Assembly: GCA_963662795.1 (NCBI GenBank)
Contig: OY759746.1
Span: forward strand, 672,001-736,000
Direction: 5' to 3'
Source of the DNA: Spirochaetia bacterium
Lineage (GTDB): Bacteria; Spirochaetota; Spirochaetia; CADAEX01
DNA: 64,000 nucleotides
The notes under the pieces: model-generated
The model's input: only the letters and a program-made list of their open reading frames with translations
The model's database searches: none
Told to the model about the DNA's origin: nothing
Shown: positions 31,654-40,797 of the stretch, piece by piece
Position numbering within the stretch: position 1 is the stretch's first letter
How the letters are laid out: each line of letters starts with the position of its first letter
Position numbers and translations under genes: made by a program

Positions 31654-32625
31654 TTATATTTCTGCGTGAAAACAGGCAGCCTTATGGTCTTCTGATCCCA
31701 GAGATTCAAGCACCGGCTGCTTTTTAAGGCAAATTTCTGTGCTGCGGCTGCATCTCGGCTGAAAACAGCATCCGGAAGGCCGGTTTTCCGGGGAAGGAAC
31801 CACTCCCTCTATGGGAACAAGAGGCCTTTCTTTATCATCAGTCATTCTGGGAAGCGATTTTAAAAGTCCCTGTGTATAAGGATGGGCCGGGTTTTTAAAA
31901 AGAACATCTACCGGAGCTTCTTCAACAACCAGGCCTGCATATAAAACAAAAACCCGCTCCACATTTTCTGCTATAACACCAAGATCATGTGTTATCAAAA
32001 TGGTTGCCATGCCTCTTTCCCTATTCAGGCTTTTAAGAAGAGAGAGAATCTGAGCCTGAACTGTAACATCAAGTGCTGTTGTAGGTTCATCTGCTATAAG
32101 AATATTGGGGTCGCCTGCCAGCGCCATGGCAATCATGACGCGCTGGCAGAGACCGCCTGAAAGCTGATGGGGATAATCCTTTAGCCTGTCTGCAGGATTT
32201 GCTATCCCTACCTGCTCAAGGAGGGAAACAGCCTTTTTACGGGCACTCTCCCCGGAAAGCCGGGAGTGCAGCTGAATTATCTCTATCAACTGCGAACCGA
32301 TTTTTTTAACCGGGTTAAGAGATGTTACAGGGTCCTGGAAAATCATTGCAATCTCCTTTCCCCTTATTTTCCGTATGCCTGATTCTGAGAGATCCAGAAG
32401 TTCTGTGTCTTTATAACGGATAGATCCTGTTGTTCTCGCGGTTTCGCCAAGTATTCTCAAAATCGCCATACAGCTGACACTTTTACCGCAGCCGCTTTCC
32501 CCAACAAGCCCCACAACTTCTTTTTCCCTTACAGAAAAATCAACTTTCTGGACAGCATTTATAGTTCTTCCGCCAGTCAGAAAATCAACACCAAGATTAC
32601 TTACAGTCAAGAGATCCCTGTTCAT
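31654..32625 (-). CDS. Oligopeptide-type ABC ATPase (DppD/OppD-like)
   Basis: GESGCGKS, LSGG, ADEPTTALD and HPYT motifs. Confidence 0.95.
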   Translation of the reverse strand: MNRDLLTVSNLGVDFLTGGRTINAVQKVDFSVREKEVVGLVGESGCGKSVSCMAILRILGETARTTGSIRYKDTELLDLSESGIRKIRGKEIAMIFQDPVTSLNPVKKIGSQLIEIIQLHSRLSGESARKKAVSLLEQVGIANPADRLKDYPHQLSGGLCQRVMIAMALAGDPNILIADEPTTALDVTVQAQILSLLKSLNRERGMATILITHDLGVIAENVERVFVLYAGLVVEEAPVDVLFKNPAHPYTQGLLKSLPRMTDDKERPLVPIEGVVPSPENRPSGCCFQPRCSRSTEICLKKQPVLESLGSEDHKAACFHAEI

Positions 32626-32648
32626 CTGTACTCCCTTAAAAAGGTCAT

Positions 32649-34229
32649 TTACTGTTTAAAATTTTCAGGCCCGAAATACATATAAACCTGTTTGTAAGCA
32701 GTCCAGTCAATGCTCTTCTGCTTAGCTGATATGGATAAATTCATATAGAAATATAATCCGGGAGGATCTTCATCATAGATCTCAAGCATTCTTGCAAAAG
32801 CTTTATATCTTTCCTTCTGGTTAACACTTGTATCAAGAACTTTTCCAAGTTCCATAAATTCATCTACAAGAGGACCTCTCCATCCGTGGACTTTATAGGG
32901 ATCATAACTTTGATTATAGGTTCTCCACAGGCATCCGGCAGGATCACCAAATGTATCTGTATTGGATGTATTTCTCATACCAAAATATCTTAGGCCTTCT
33001 GATTCTTCCGCATTGACCTGAGCCCAGTTTTCCTTGATCTCTATCTGAACATTTATCCCTGCGGCTTTCCACATCTCTACCATGGTCTGAGCAACATTAA
33101 CCTCGTTAGGATAATAATCGTTCAAAATATAGTAGGGGATAACCTCTCCCTTATAAACTGATTTCTTTACAAGCTTCTTGGCTTCTGCAAGATCATATTT
33201 CGGATAAGGATGGTCTTTTACATACATGTCAGCATAACCGGGATCATTAATTCCGTTGGGTATTGTTGTTCTGCCTGCAAAAAGATTTTTAACTATAAGC
33301 TCCCTGTCTAAAGCCAGAGACATTGCCTTTCTTAAGTTAACATCCATATAAGGTTTTTTGATATTGAACATCGTAGCAAGAAAACTGGCAATTGGGCCGC
33401 CTTCGATAGAAAGGTTTTTTTCCTGTTCAATCGTCGGTATCAGGTCAATAGAAACATTACTGATTACCTGATAGTCCCCTGCCATCAATCCTGCAATTCT
33501 TGCTGATTCTTCAGGAACTGATCTGAATATCAGGGTATCAACATAAGGTTTACCGCCCCAGTATTCGTTATGAGCTTTAAGAACAAGCTGGTCCCCTGAC
33601 GCAAATCTTTCAATTTTGAAAGGGCCTGTCCCTACAGGTTTATTTGACCATTCTTCAAAACTTTTAGCTTCCTGGAAAGCTCTTTTGTTTATTATCTGAA
33701 ACTGCGGAAGGCTTAACCTGTTTACAGCAAGAGGGTCAGTGTCTTTTGAAATAATCCTTATAGTGTAGGGATCAATAATTTCAACCCTGTCAAAAAGTGC
33801 CCAGTAGCCCCGCGCCCTTTTATGGCCGACTATAGGATTTTCTCCGAAAAACCTTTCATCACTGAATGTCCATGCCACATCTTCGGCAGTAAACTCATCC
33901 CCGTTATGAAACTTAACTCCCTTTCTTAGCTTTAACTCTAAAGTTCTGTCATCAATCCGCTTCCATGATTCAGCAAGGGACGGCATAAACCCCTTGGTTC
34001 CCTTGAAGTCAAACTCAATAAGGTTGTTAAAAATATTGTACTGAACCCTGTATCTTGCCTGGGTAGTTGATGCTCCTGCTGTTAAAGGTTCCGGAAGGGC
34101 GGGAACCGCAACATTTAGGGTGGTAATCTTTGATGTTTCCGGCTTTGCCTCTTTTTTACCACCTGCAAACATTACTGGTGTTAGAAATAAAAGTAATGCA
34201 CATAAAAAAAGCAGTGTAGTCTTTTTCAT
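32649..34229 (-). CDS. ABC transporter substrate-binding protein, family 5
   Basis: PSLAESW, LRKGVKFHNG and GTGPFK motifs; FAGGKKE signal region. Confidence 0.93.
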   Translation of the reverse strand: MKKTTLLFLCALLLFLTPVMFAGGKKEAKPETSKITTLNVAVPALPEPLTAGASTTQARYRVQYNIFNNLIEFDFKGTKGFMPSLAESWKRIDDRTLELKLRKGVKFHNGDEFTAEDVAWTFSDERFFGENPIVGHKRARGYWALFDRVEIIDPYTIRIISKDTDPLAVNRLSLPQFQIINKRAFQEAKSFEEWSNKPVGTGPFKIERFASGDQLVLKAHNEYWGGKPYVDTLIFRSVPEESARIAGLMAGDYQVISNVSIDLIPTIEQEKNLSIEGGPIASFLATMFNIKKPYMDVNLRKAMSLALDRELIVKNLFAGRTTIPNGINDPGYADMYVKDHPYPKYDLAEAKKLVKKSVYKGEVIPYYILNDYYPNEVNVAQTMVEMWKAAGINVQIEIKENWAQVNAEESEGLRYFGMRNTSNTDTFGDPAGCLWRTYNQSYDPYKVHGWRGPLVDEFMELGKVLDTSVNQKERYKAFARMLEIYDEDPPGLYFYMNLSISAKQKSIDWTAYKQVYMYFGPENFKQ

Positions 34230-34387
34230 AATCGTTCCTCCAATATTAAATTAATACTTCTAATTTTATAACAGTAAATTTGAATCCGATATTAGGAATA
34301 TATTCATTTTGAGAGTGGAAATAGGTATTTTCCCTATATGTATTTTTGAGGAAAAACTATTGTCACAGGAAGCGGCTAAATGATTTA

Positions 34388-35353
34388 TTATGATTTAATG
34401 TTCAGTGAAATTGTTTTTTCAATATAGGATATCATGTTTTTCTTGTCAGCCAGGCTGCTTACTACATAATTATCAAGATAATCATCCTTCTCAAATGCGA
34501 AGTGCTCAAACAGTTTTGTCGAATCGGTTGCAATACCCAGTAACCTGTCGCGTTCATTAATTCCGGTTACAGGTTTTGAATAGATATGGCCGCCGTAGCC
34601 GTAGATAATCAGATTATTTTTATCAAAAGAGGCTTCAGCCTCCTTGCAGTATTTCAATGTAAACCGCAGCCTCGGGCATTGCTCAATCAGATAAAAATTA
34701 TAATTGGGATGTCCGATGAAATTAATAAGCTCATTCAAATGTTTTATTACATAAGTTCTTTCAGGTTCATCTCTTTTTATTCTTGCCGCATACTCCTCAA
34801 AACAGTGCTTACAGACTATGTATGTTACCTTGTATTTCTCCAAAAGCAGGACAAGAAGTTTCCGCCTTTCCACGGCAAGAAGTCTTTTAAGCTCGCTGTG
34901 GACAGGGTTTAATTTGTCTCTTGCTCTGAGCTTGTCCCTGAAGGAAATATATTCCGGCGGTTCAAGGGTTGATGACGGTTTTTTATTGATAAGGTATTTA
35001 TCGCCCGGAATGCTGTCAAGAGTATAGAGAAGCAGCCCGTAATTGATATTTTCATAAAACGGCTGAAATCCTGTTATTTTTCTCGAGCGTGCTATATTAA
35101 AAAATATTTCAAAATCATCTTCATAAATTTCCTGAAAACGGTAATCTTTTAAAACCAGGTTTATCTCTTCAAGTGAATAATTTAAACCCGCACCGATAGC
35201 GATTATCTTTTCCCTTCCAGGAGACATTATTTTCTCATTACGCAGATAGTTGATATAGGTATTTGATACGCCTGTAACTTTTGACAATTCATTCTGGGTA
35301 ATCCCTCTCTTCAATAACTGTTCTTTTCCGATTATCTCTTTTATGGTTGTCAA
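34388..35353 (-). CDS. XRE-family helix-turn-helix regulator with an uncharacterised C-terminal domain
   Basis: N-terminal RGITQNELSKVTGVSNTYINYL HTH_3; 321 aa. Confidence 0.75.
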   Translation of the reverse strand: MTTIKEIIGKEQLLKRGITQNELSKVTGVSNTYINYLRNEKIMSPGREKIIAIGAGLNYSLEEINLVLKDYRFQEIYEDDFEIFFNIARSRKITGFQPFYENINYGLLLYTLDSIPGDKYLINKKPSSTLEPPEYISFRDKLRARDKLNPVHSELKRLLAVERRKLLVLLLEKYKVTYIVCKHCFEEYAARIKRDEPERTYVIKHLNELINFIGHPNYNFYLIEQCPRLRFTLKYCKEAEASFDKNNLIIYGYGGHIYSKPVTGINERDRLLGIATDSTKLFEHFAFEKDDYLDNYVVSSLADKKNMISYIEKTISLNIKS

Positions 35354-35369
35354 AATAATACTCCCGAAT

Positions 35370-35383
35370 TTAAGTATACTTAA
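35370..35383. promoter_or_regulatory. Palindromic operator candidate TTAAGTATACTTAA just downstream of a -10 box of the XRE gene
   Basis: Perfect 14-bp palindrome; related copies at 39828, 40736 and 44322. Confidence 0.5.
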
Positions 35384-35427
35384 ATATTATATTAACTTTA
35401 CTTTTTAATAAATATCATATCACTATT

Positions 35428-35466
35428 AAATTTAAAAAAGGGCTGAAACAGCCCTTTTTTAAATTT
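35428..35466. terminator. Bidirectional intrinsic terminator after the ADH gene
   Basis: AAATTTAAAAAAGGGCTG-AAA-CAGCCCTTTTTTAAATTT, a perfect 18-bp stem with T-tracts on both strands. Confidence 0.85.
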
Positions 35467-35485
35467 CCTATGGATTTTACAGTCT

Positions 35486-36592
35486 TTACGTCCTTACTCC
35501 GACACGGATATGCTTCCCTGTCTCAGATTCAGCAAGTGCCTCATTGATCTGGTCAAGATTGAAGACCTTGCTCACTATCTTATGAAAAGGATATTTGTCC
35601 TTGTGTTTTTCAAGAAATTCAAGCGCTGTCCCGAGATGCTTAGGCTTGTAATTATGTATTCCTTTTATTGTAATATATTTCCTTATGACCTGATTTGCGT
35701 CAATGCCCTCCAGTGTGCTTCCTGGATTGACAAGTCCGCCGAGAAGATACCGTCCTCCGATTCGGAGCGATTTAACGGCAAGGCCTACAACCTGTTTTGC
35801 TCCGCAGACCTCAATAACGACATCAATGCCGAACCCCCCGCTCATTTCCTTTAATTCCTTTATAATATCATCTTCACTGATTTTTAAAGTGTTATATGTT
35901 TTGGTCGCTCCAAACTGTCTGGCCATTTCAAGCCTTTCATCAATAATATCTGTGACTATAACAGCTTTAGCCCCTGCCTCTACCGCAAGTGCGCATGCGT
36001 TTATACCCAGCAGGCCCGCTCCCTGTATCATAACGATATCACCCTTTTCAATACCTATTGTCTCAACAGCATTTACAACTGTCGACAGTGCGCAGTTAGC
36101 CGGCGCCGCAATCTCATCACTCAATGATTCAGGGACCTTGTAAACTGTCGTTCCAGGCATTATGTAGATATATTCGCTGTACCCGCCGACAAGACCGGAG
36201 TTAAGCTCCTTATCTTCTATACTGGCATGACCGTATTTTTTAAGGTGAATGCATTTCTGGGGAAGATCTTTTTTACAGTAAAAACACTCTCCGCAGGATG
36301 CCATTATTGTCCAGGATATCCTGTCGCCGATAGTGAGTTTATTACCGAAACCGTCGAATTCAAGATTATCGTCAAGCTGTACAATCTCCCCCACAATCTC
36401 ATGTCCGAGGATCAGAGGGGTCGGTTCAACTCTCCTCCCAGTCGTTGTATGAAGATCAGAGCCGCAGATTGTGTTAAATCTAACCCTGCAGATTGCAGAT
36501 CCTTTTTCCAATTTTTCAGGAAGATTAAAATCCCTTATTTCAACAGGGCTGCCGACCTTGTAAAAAACTGCTGCTTTTGATTTTGTGCACAT
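35486..36592 (-). CDS. Zinc-binding alcohol dehydrogenase, probably of the phosphonate-catabolism-associated clade
   Basis: ICGSDLHT, GHEIVG, CGECFYC, PANCALST, GAGLLG and GIHNY motifs; lies beside the PhnX-like HAD and TAXI transporter. Confidence 0.85.
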   Translation of the reverse strand: MCTKSKAAVFYKVGSPVEIRDFNLPEKLEKGSAICRVRFNTICGSDLHTTTGRRVEPTPLILGHEIVGEIVQLDDNLEFDGFGNKLTIGDRISWTIMASCGECFYCKKDLPQKCIHLKKYGHASIEDKELNSGLVGGYSEYIYIMPGTTVYKVPESLSDEIAAPANCALSTVVNAVETIGIEKGDIVMIQGAGLLGINACALAVEAGAKAVIVTDIIDERLEMARQFGATKTYNTLKISEDDIIKELKEMSGGFGIDVVIEVCGAKQVVGLAVKSLRIGGRYLLGGLVNPGSTLEGIDANQVIRKYITIKGIHNYKPKHLGTALEFLEKHKDKYPFHKIVSKVFNLDQINEALAESETGKHIRVGVRT

Positions 36593-38634
36593 TATACAAC
36601 TCCTTTCAATTTTTTCTTGTCAATATATTTCTCAACAAACTGTATCAGAAATACAATTATAATTATAGACAATCCGATTATATCGGTTATAGTCTTTGCA
36701 TGAATCAGCAATAACGCTCCGACACCAATCAATATCCTTTCATATATATGGAGTTTTCTAAGTTGATAACCAGCTGTTGCGCTTCCGAATATATATGCAC
36801 CGATTACTGCCATAAGAAAAACTTTTAATACATCAAAACTCAGCGGCTGCTGCCCCAGAAGAAGAATGGGGTTAAAAACAAAGAAATACGGGACAATATA
36901 TGCAACCGCCGCAAGTCTCACAGCGTTGCCGGCTGTAGGCCAGAATTTTCCGCCTGATATTGCAGATGCCGTAAAGGCTGTGATTGCAACAGGAGGTGTT
37001 AGATCCGACATGATTCCAAAATGGAAACAGAAAAGATGCGCAGCCAGAGGCATTACACCTGCCTGGATCATTACAGGAACAGTAAGAATTGTCATTAGAA
37101 TATAGTTTGCAATAGTTGGAACACCCATCCCGAGAAGAAGGCACATAAACATTGTTATTATGAGAGTAAGCAGAAGATTATTTTTTGATATTGATGCTAT
37201 AAATGATGCCAGGGAAGGGGCAAGTCCGGTAAGAGTTGCTGTACCAAGAACTATTCCTGCAAGTGCAGCAGGGATTGCAATAAACATCATGGTCTGCCCT
37301 GCATCAGTAAGAAGTTCAATAAGTTTCTTTATTCCAATTCTTGTATCTTTGTTTATCCAGCTCAAACCTATTGTCAGCCAGAAACAGAAAAAACAGGCAG
37401 ACATCGGTGTTCTTCCATTAATCAGCATGGCAACAAGGAGAATGACAGGAAGAAATACATAACCGTGCTTTAACGCATACATTTTCCACGGTTTTATTTC
37501 GTCTTTAGGAACTCCTCTTGCGTTTATCTTGACTGATTCAAAATGGACCATTGAAAAAACACCAATGTAATAAAGCACAGCAGGAAGGACTGCAGCCATG
37601 GCAACCTGCAGATAACTGATTCCAAGAAACTCCGCCATAATAAACGCGGCCGCACCCATTACAGGCGGAGTAATCTGCCCGCCCATGGAAGCCGCAGCTT
37701 CAATTGCTCCTGCAAGTTCTGCAGACAGCCCTGTCCGCTTCATCAATGGGATGGTAACAATACCGGTTGTTGCAACATTTGATGAAGATGAACCGCTTAT
37801 CATTGCAAACATACTGCTCGCAACTACAGCCATTTTTGCAGGGCCTCCGACCATATGACCGAAAATACCCTTTGCAATTGTCAGTAGAACATCTGAAACT
37901 CCTGATTTATGCAGAGCAGCTCCAAGAAGAAGGAACATGGCTACATAACTGGCAGAAACTCCAAGCGGTGATGCCCATACACCGGAATCATTTAGAATCA
38001 TAAATCTTACTATATTTTTCAGACTGAACCCGGGATGCCTGAATATTCCGCCGAAGAGAAATCCGAACCTGCAGTAAAAAAGCATCACTGAACCAAGTAC
38101 AACAAGTACAAACCCGACAGCCCTTCGTGTCGCTTCAATAATCAGTATAAAGATTATTGCACCGACAAACATATCGATCTTGTACACAACACCGGCTCTT
38201 GAAAGAATAGAATCGGCATTTACGGCAATATACGCACAGGAAAGGACAGCCGCCAGTGAAAGAAGATAATCATAAACCGGTATTTTACGCTGAATATTTC
38301 CTTTCCTGTTCCGGTTTGAAGAATACCGCATAAAACAAAGCACAAGAGCAAAAGCGAGGTGAATACTGCGTTGTCTCATCCCGGTAAACAGCCCGAATCC
38401 GCCGGTATAAAGATGAAAAACAGAAAGGGTTACAGCTATTACAGCTACAATTTTCTGCGCAGCTTCACCAAGGACTCTTTTCCCTGTTAAGGATATTTCA
38501 AGTTCCTCAGCTTTTTTTGCGATAAACTCTTTTTCTTTCTCAAGCATCTCATCGGTAATAACACCGCCGTCCCCAGTTTCATCTGCCTCATGCTTCAAGT
38601 CATTGTCGATAATATTCAATTTGTTTTTTTCCAT
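36592..38634 (-). CDS. TRAP transporter fused 4TM/12TM permease (TAXI type)
   Basis: EATRR, GGPAK, SGSS.SNV, GGQITPPVMGAAAF, GMGVP and TPPVA motifs. Start at ATG 38634. Confidence 0.93.
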   Translation of the reverse strand: MEKNKLNIIDNDLKHEADETGDGGVITDEMLEKEKEFIAKKAEELEISLTGKRVLGEAAQKIVAVIAVTLSVFHLYTGGFGLFTGMRQRSIHLAFALVLCFMRYSSNRNRKGNIQRKIPVYDYLLSLAAVLSCAYIAVNADSILSRAGVVYKIDMFVGAIIFILIIEATRRAVGFVLVVLGSVMLFYCRFGFLFGGIFRHPGFSLKNIVRFMILNDSGVWASPLGVSASYVAMFLLLGAALHKSGVSDVLLTIAKGIFGHMVGGPAKMAVVASSMFAMISGSSSSNVATTGIVTIPLMKRTGLSAELAGAIEAAASMGGQITPPVMGAAAFIMAEFLGISYLQVAMAAVLPAVLYYIGVFSMVHFESVKINARGVPKDEIKPWKMYALKHGYVFLPVILLVAMLINGRTPMSACFFCFWLTIGLSWINKDTRIGIKKLIELLTDAGQTMMFIAIPAALAGIVLGTATLTGLAPSLASFIASISKNNLLLTLIITMFMCLLLGMGVPTIANYILMTILTVPVMIQAGVMPLAAHLFCFHFGIMSDLTPPVAITAFTASAISGGKFWPTAGNAVRLAAVAYIVPYFFVFNPILLLGQQPLSFDVLKVFLMAVIGAYIFGSATAGYQLRKLHIYERILIGVGALLLIHAKTITDIIGLSIIIIVFLIQFVEKYIDKKKLKGVV

Positions 38635-38712
38635 AATCCAATCACACTCCAAATATTTTGAGCCGGGGCTGATCAGAATCAATAACTGATACCTGAAAAA
38701 CCTTAATAAAAA

Positions 38713-38775
38713 AGGTGCAGTATAATAAAGAAGCTCTATTCGATTAACAATACCTCACGTCAATTTACTGCACCT
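38713..38775 (-). other. Intergenic inverted repeat between the TAXI binding protein and permease (mRNA stabiliser or partial terminator)
   Basis: AGGTGCAGTA (38713-38722) and TACTGCACCT (38766-38775), flanked by A and T tracts. Confidence 0.5.
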
Positions 38776-38802
38776 CTTTTCATATTTAAGCGGCAATTAA
38801 TT

Positions 38803-39798
38803 TTATTTAATTATTCCGACTTCCTTGTAGAATTTTTCTGCACCAGGATGAAATGGAATCGGACCTTTTGCAATAAGAGCTGTGTCAAGTTTAACCATCT
38901 GTGCAGATTTATGTATGCTCTGTATTTCAGCTACCCTGCCGTACATGGCTTTAAGGTAAGAGTAAACAAAATCAGCGGGAACTGAAGCATCGCAGAGCGC
39001 CGCACCGTAATCACCAACAGTTTCAACCGCTTCTGTCTGGCCGTTATATGTGTTTGCAGGGATTGTAATAGGAACAGGCCATACCTGTTTTTTAATCAGT
39101 GCATCTCTTTCCTTACCTTCAATAGGAAGAAGTCTGCACGGGTTTTGGGACACCGCTGACATAATTGAACTTGAGGGCACTGATGTCTGATATCCAAGTA
39201 ATTCAAGCTGTCTGTCCTTGAACGCCATTTCCCTTTCTGTATGCTGCATCGGCTTCCATTGCAGATCTTTTGGTGTAAGACCGTATATTTCAAATATCTC
39301 AATATATCCAAGTTCATTTCCTGAACCTGCGCTTCCAGGGCTTACACCTTTGCCTTTCATGTCATAAAATGTTTTCACAGGACTGTCTTTGTGGACTACA
39401 GGCTGAAAAACTCCCGGCCAGAGTGAGTACATGTACCTTAGATTTTTGTTAGCCCCTTCTTTTTCAAAAATTTTCTTGCCGTTATAGGAAGCATGAGCCA
39501 CATTTGATTCTGCCCATCCGAATGTGAATTCTCCCGCCTTCAGGAGCCTGAGGTTTTCAATACCGCCGCCGGAAGCCTGTACAATTAGTTTGTATTTTGT
39601 TTCCTCTTCTACAATTGTACCGATTTTTACAGCTACAGGATACCAGCTTCCGCCAACACCTGATGTGCCGAATACAAACTGGGTAGCAGTACTTTCGGCA
39701 ACAGCGCCTCCTGTACCTGACTCTGCCTTGCCTCCAGCAAAAATAAATGCAGCAGAAAGCATAAGGACAAGAATAACTAAAACAGTTTTTTTAAACAT
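38803..39798 (-). CDS. TAXI family TRAP solute-binding protein
   Basis: GTSGVGGSWY, SGGGIEN, GSAGSG and FHPGAEKFY motifs. Confidence 0.93.
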   Translation of the reverse strand: MFKKTVLVILVLMLSAAFIFAGGKAESGTGGAVAESTATQFVFGTSGVGGSWYPVAVKIGTIVEEETKYKLIVQASGGGIENLRLLKAGEFTFGWAESNVAHASYNGKKIFEKEGANKNLRYMYSLWPGVFQPVVHKDSPVKTFYDMKGKGVSPGSAGSGNELGYIEIFEIYGLTPKDLQWKPMQHTEREMAFKDRQLELLGYQTSVPSSSIMSAVSQNPCRLLPIEGKERDALIKKQVWPVPITIPANTYNGQTEAVETVGDYGAALCDASVPADFVYSYLKAMYGRVAEIQSIHKSAQMVKLDTALIAKGPIPFHPGAEKFYKEVGIIK

Positions 39799-39857
39799 CT
39801 CATTCTCCTTTAAAAAAATATTTTATCTTAATTAAACTTAAGTTTAATTTTTAACTA

Positions 39858-39906
39858 TTATACTGTATTCCGGATATGAAACTTACATATCCGGAATACA
39901 GTATAA
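39858..39906. repeat. 21-bp perfect inverted repeat downstream of the HAD gene, overlapping the TAXI promoter
   Basis: TTATACTGTATTCCGGATATG-AAACTTA-CATATCCGGAATACAGTATAA. Confidence 0.8.
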
Positions 39907-39924
39907 ACTCTTAATCAGAAATAC

Positions 39925-40668
39925 TCAGACTATATAACCGCCTTCAATAAGCGCAGGCAGGTCTTTTACGCTTTCAATAACATGGGTATGCCAGTACTTT
40001 CCCCACGCCGTAACAGGCCTTGGACCGCTTAAAACACCGATTACAGCCCTGCATCCCGCATTGTAACCTTCCAGCATGTCAGCGGGCGTATCACCAATCT
40101 TAAGAACTTCACGTACATTCTGGATATTAAAATGATTCATTGCGTGAAAAATCATGAATGGTGCCGGCCTTCCCTTCCCTTCGGATACCATATCAAGGTC
40201 AACGGAAAGATCTACAAGTCCGTCCCTTACCCATCCAAGTCCATCCATAATCGCGGTTGTAACATCATTATGAAAGCCTGTATCAGTCGCGACCTTAATC
40301 CCGTTTTTATGGCACCACCTGAAAACATCAGACGCACCTTCAACCTCACGGCATTCTTTTTTATAGTGGGCAATCATTATCTCGACATATCTGTCATATA
40401 TACTTTTGGCTTCCTCATAGGTTGCCGGATCAAGACTTTTCTCAAAATCCCTGAAATCTATATTATTTCCCCGTGATCTTGAAATAAGGAACTGGTAAAG
40501 ATGTATCTTGTTTGTTCCCATATGCAGCAGTATTTCATCAGGGGTTACATTAAGTTTATATTCCTGTGCTGCTGTATAGAGACAGTCCCTGACTCCCGTA
40601 TCGTCATATACAGTTGTCCCTGACAGATCAAACATGATCATTTTAATTTCGCTTGTAGTTTGTGCCAT
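39925..40668 (-). CDS. Phosphonatase-like (PhnX-like) HAD hydrolase
   Basis: FDLSGT motif I (DxxG, as in PhnX), MGTNK at the PhnX Schiff-base Lys position, GRPAP and KIGDTPAD..EG.NAG. Confidence 0.8.
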   Translation of the reverse strand: MAQTTSEIKMIMFDLSGTTVYDDTGVRDCLYTAAQEYKLNVTPDEILLHMGTNKIHLYQFLISRSRGNNIDFRDFEKSLDPATYEEAKSIYDRYVEIMIAHYKKECREVEGASDVFRWCHKNGIKVATDTGFHNDVTTAIMDGLGWVRDGLVDLSVDLDMVSEGKGRPAPFMIFHAMNHFNIQNVREVLKIGDTPADMLEGYNAGCRAVIGVLSGPRPVTAWGKYWHTHVIESVKDLPALIEGGYIV

Positions 40669-40797
40669 TTAAAAACCTCCGGATATTATTAATCATCATT
40701 ATAAACACAGCTTTTTTGCAATGTCAATATATATTTTAATTAAACTTAAATATTATATTAAAGCATAGCTGTCTAAACCAACTCATTCCTTCTGGAG

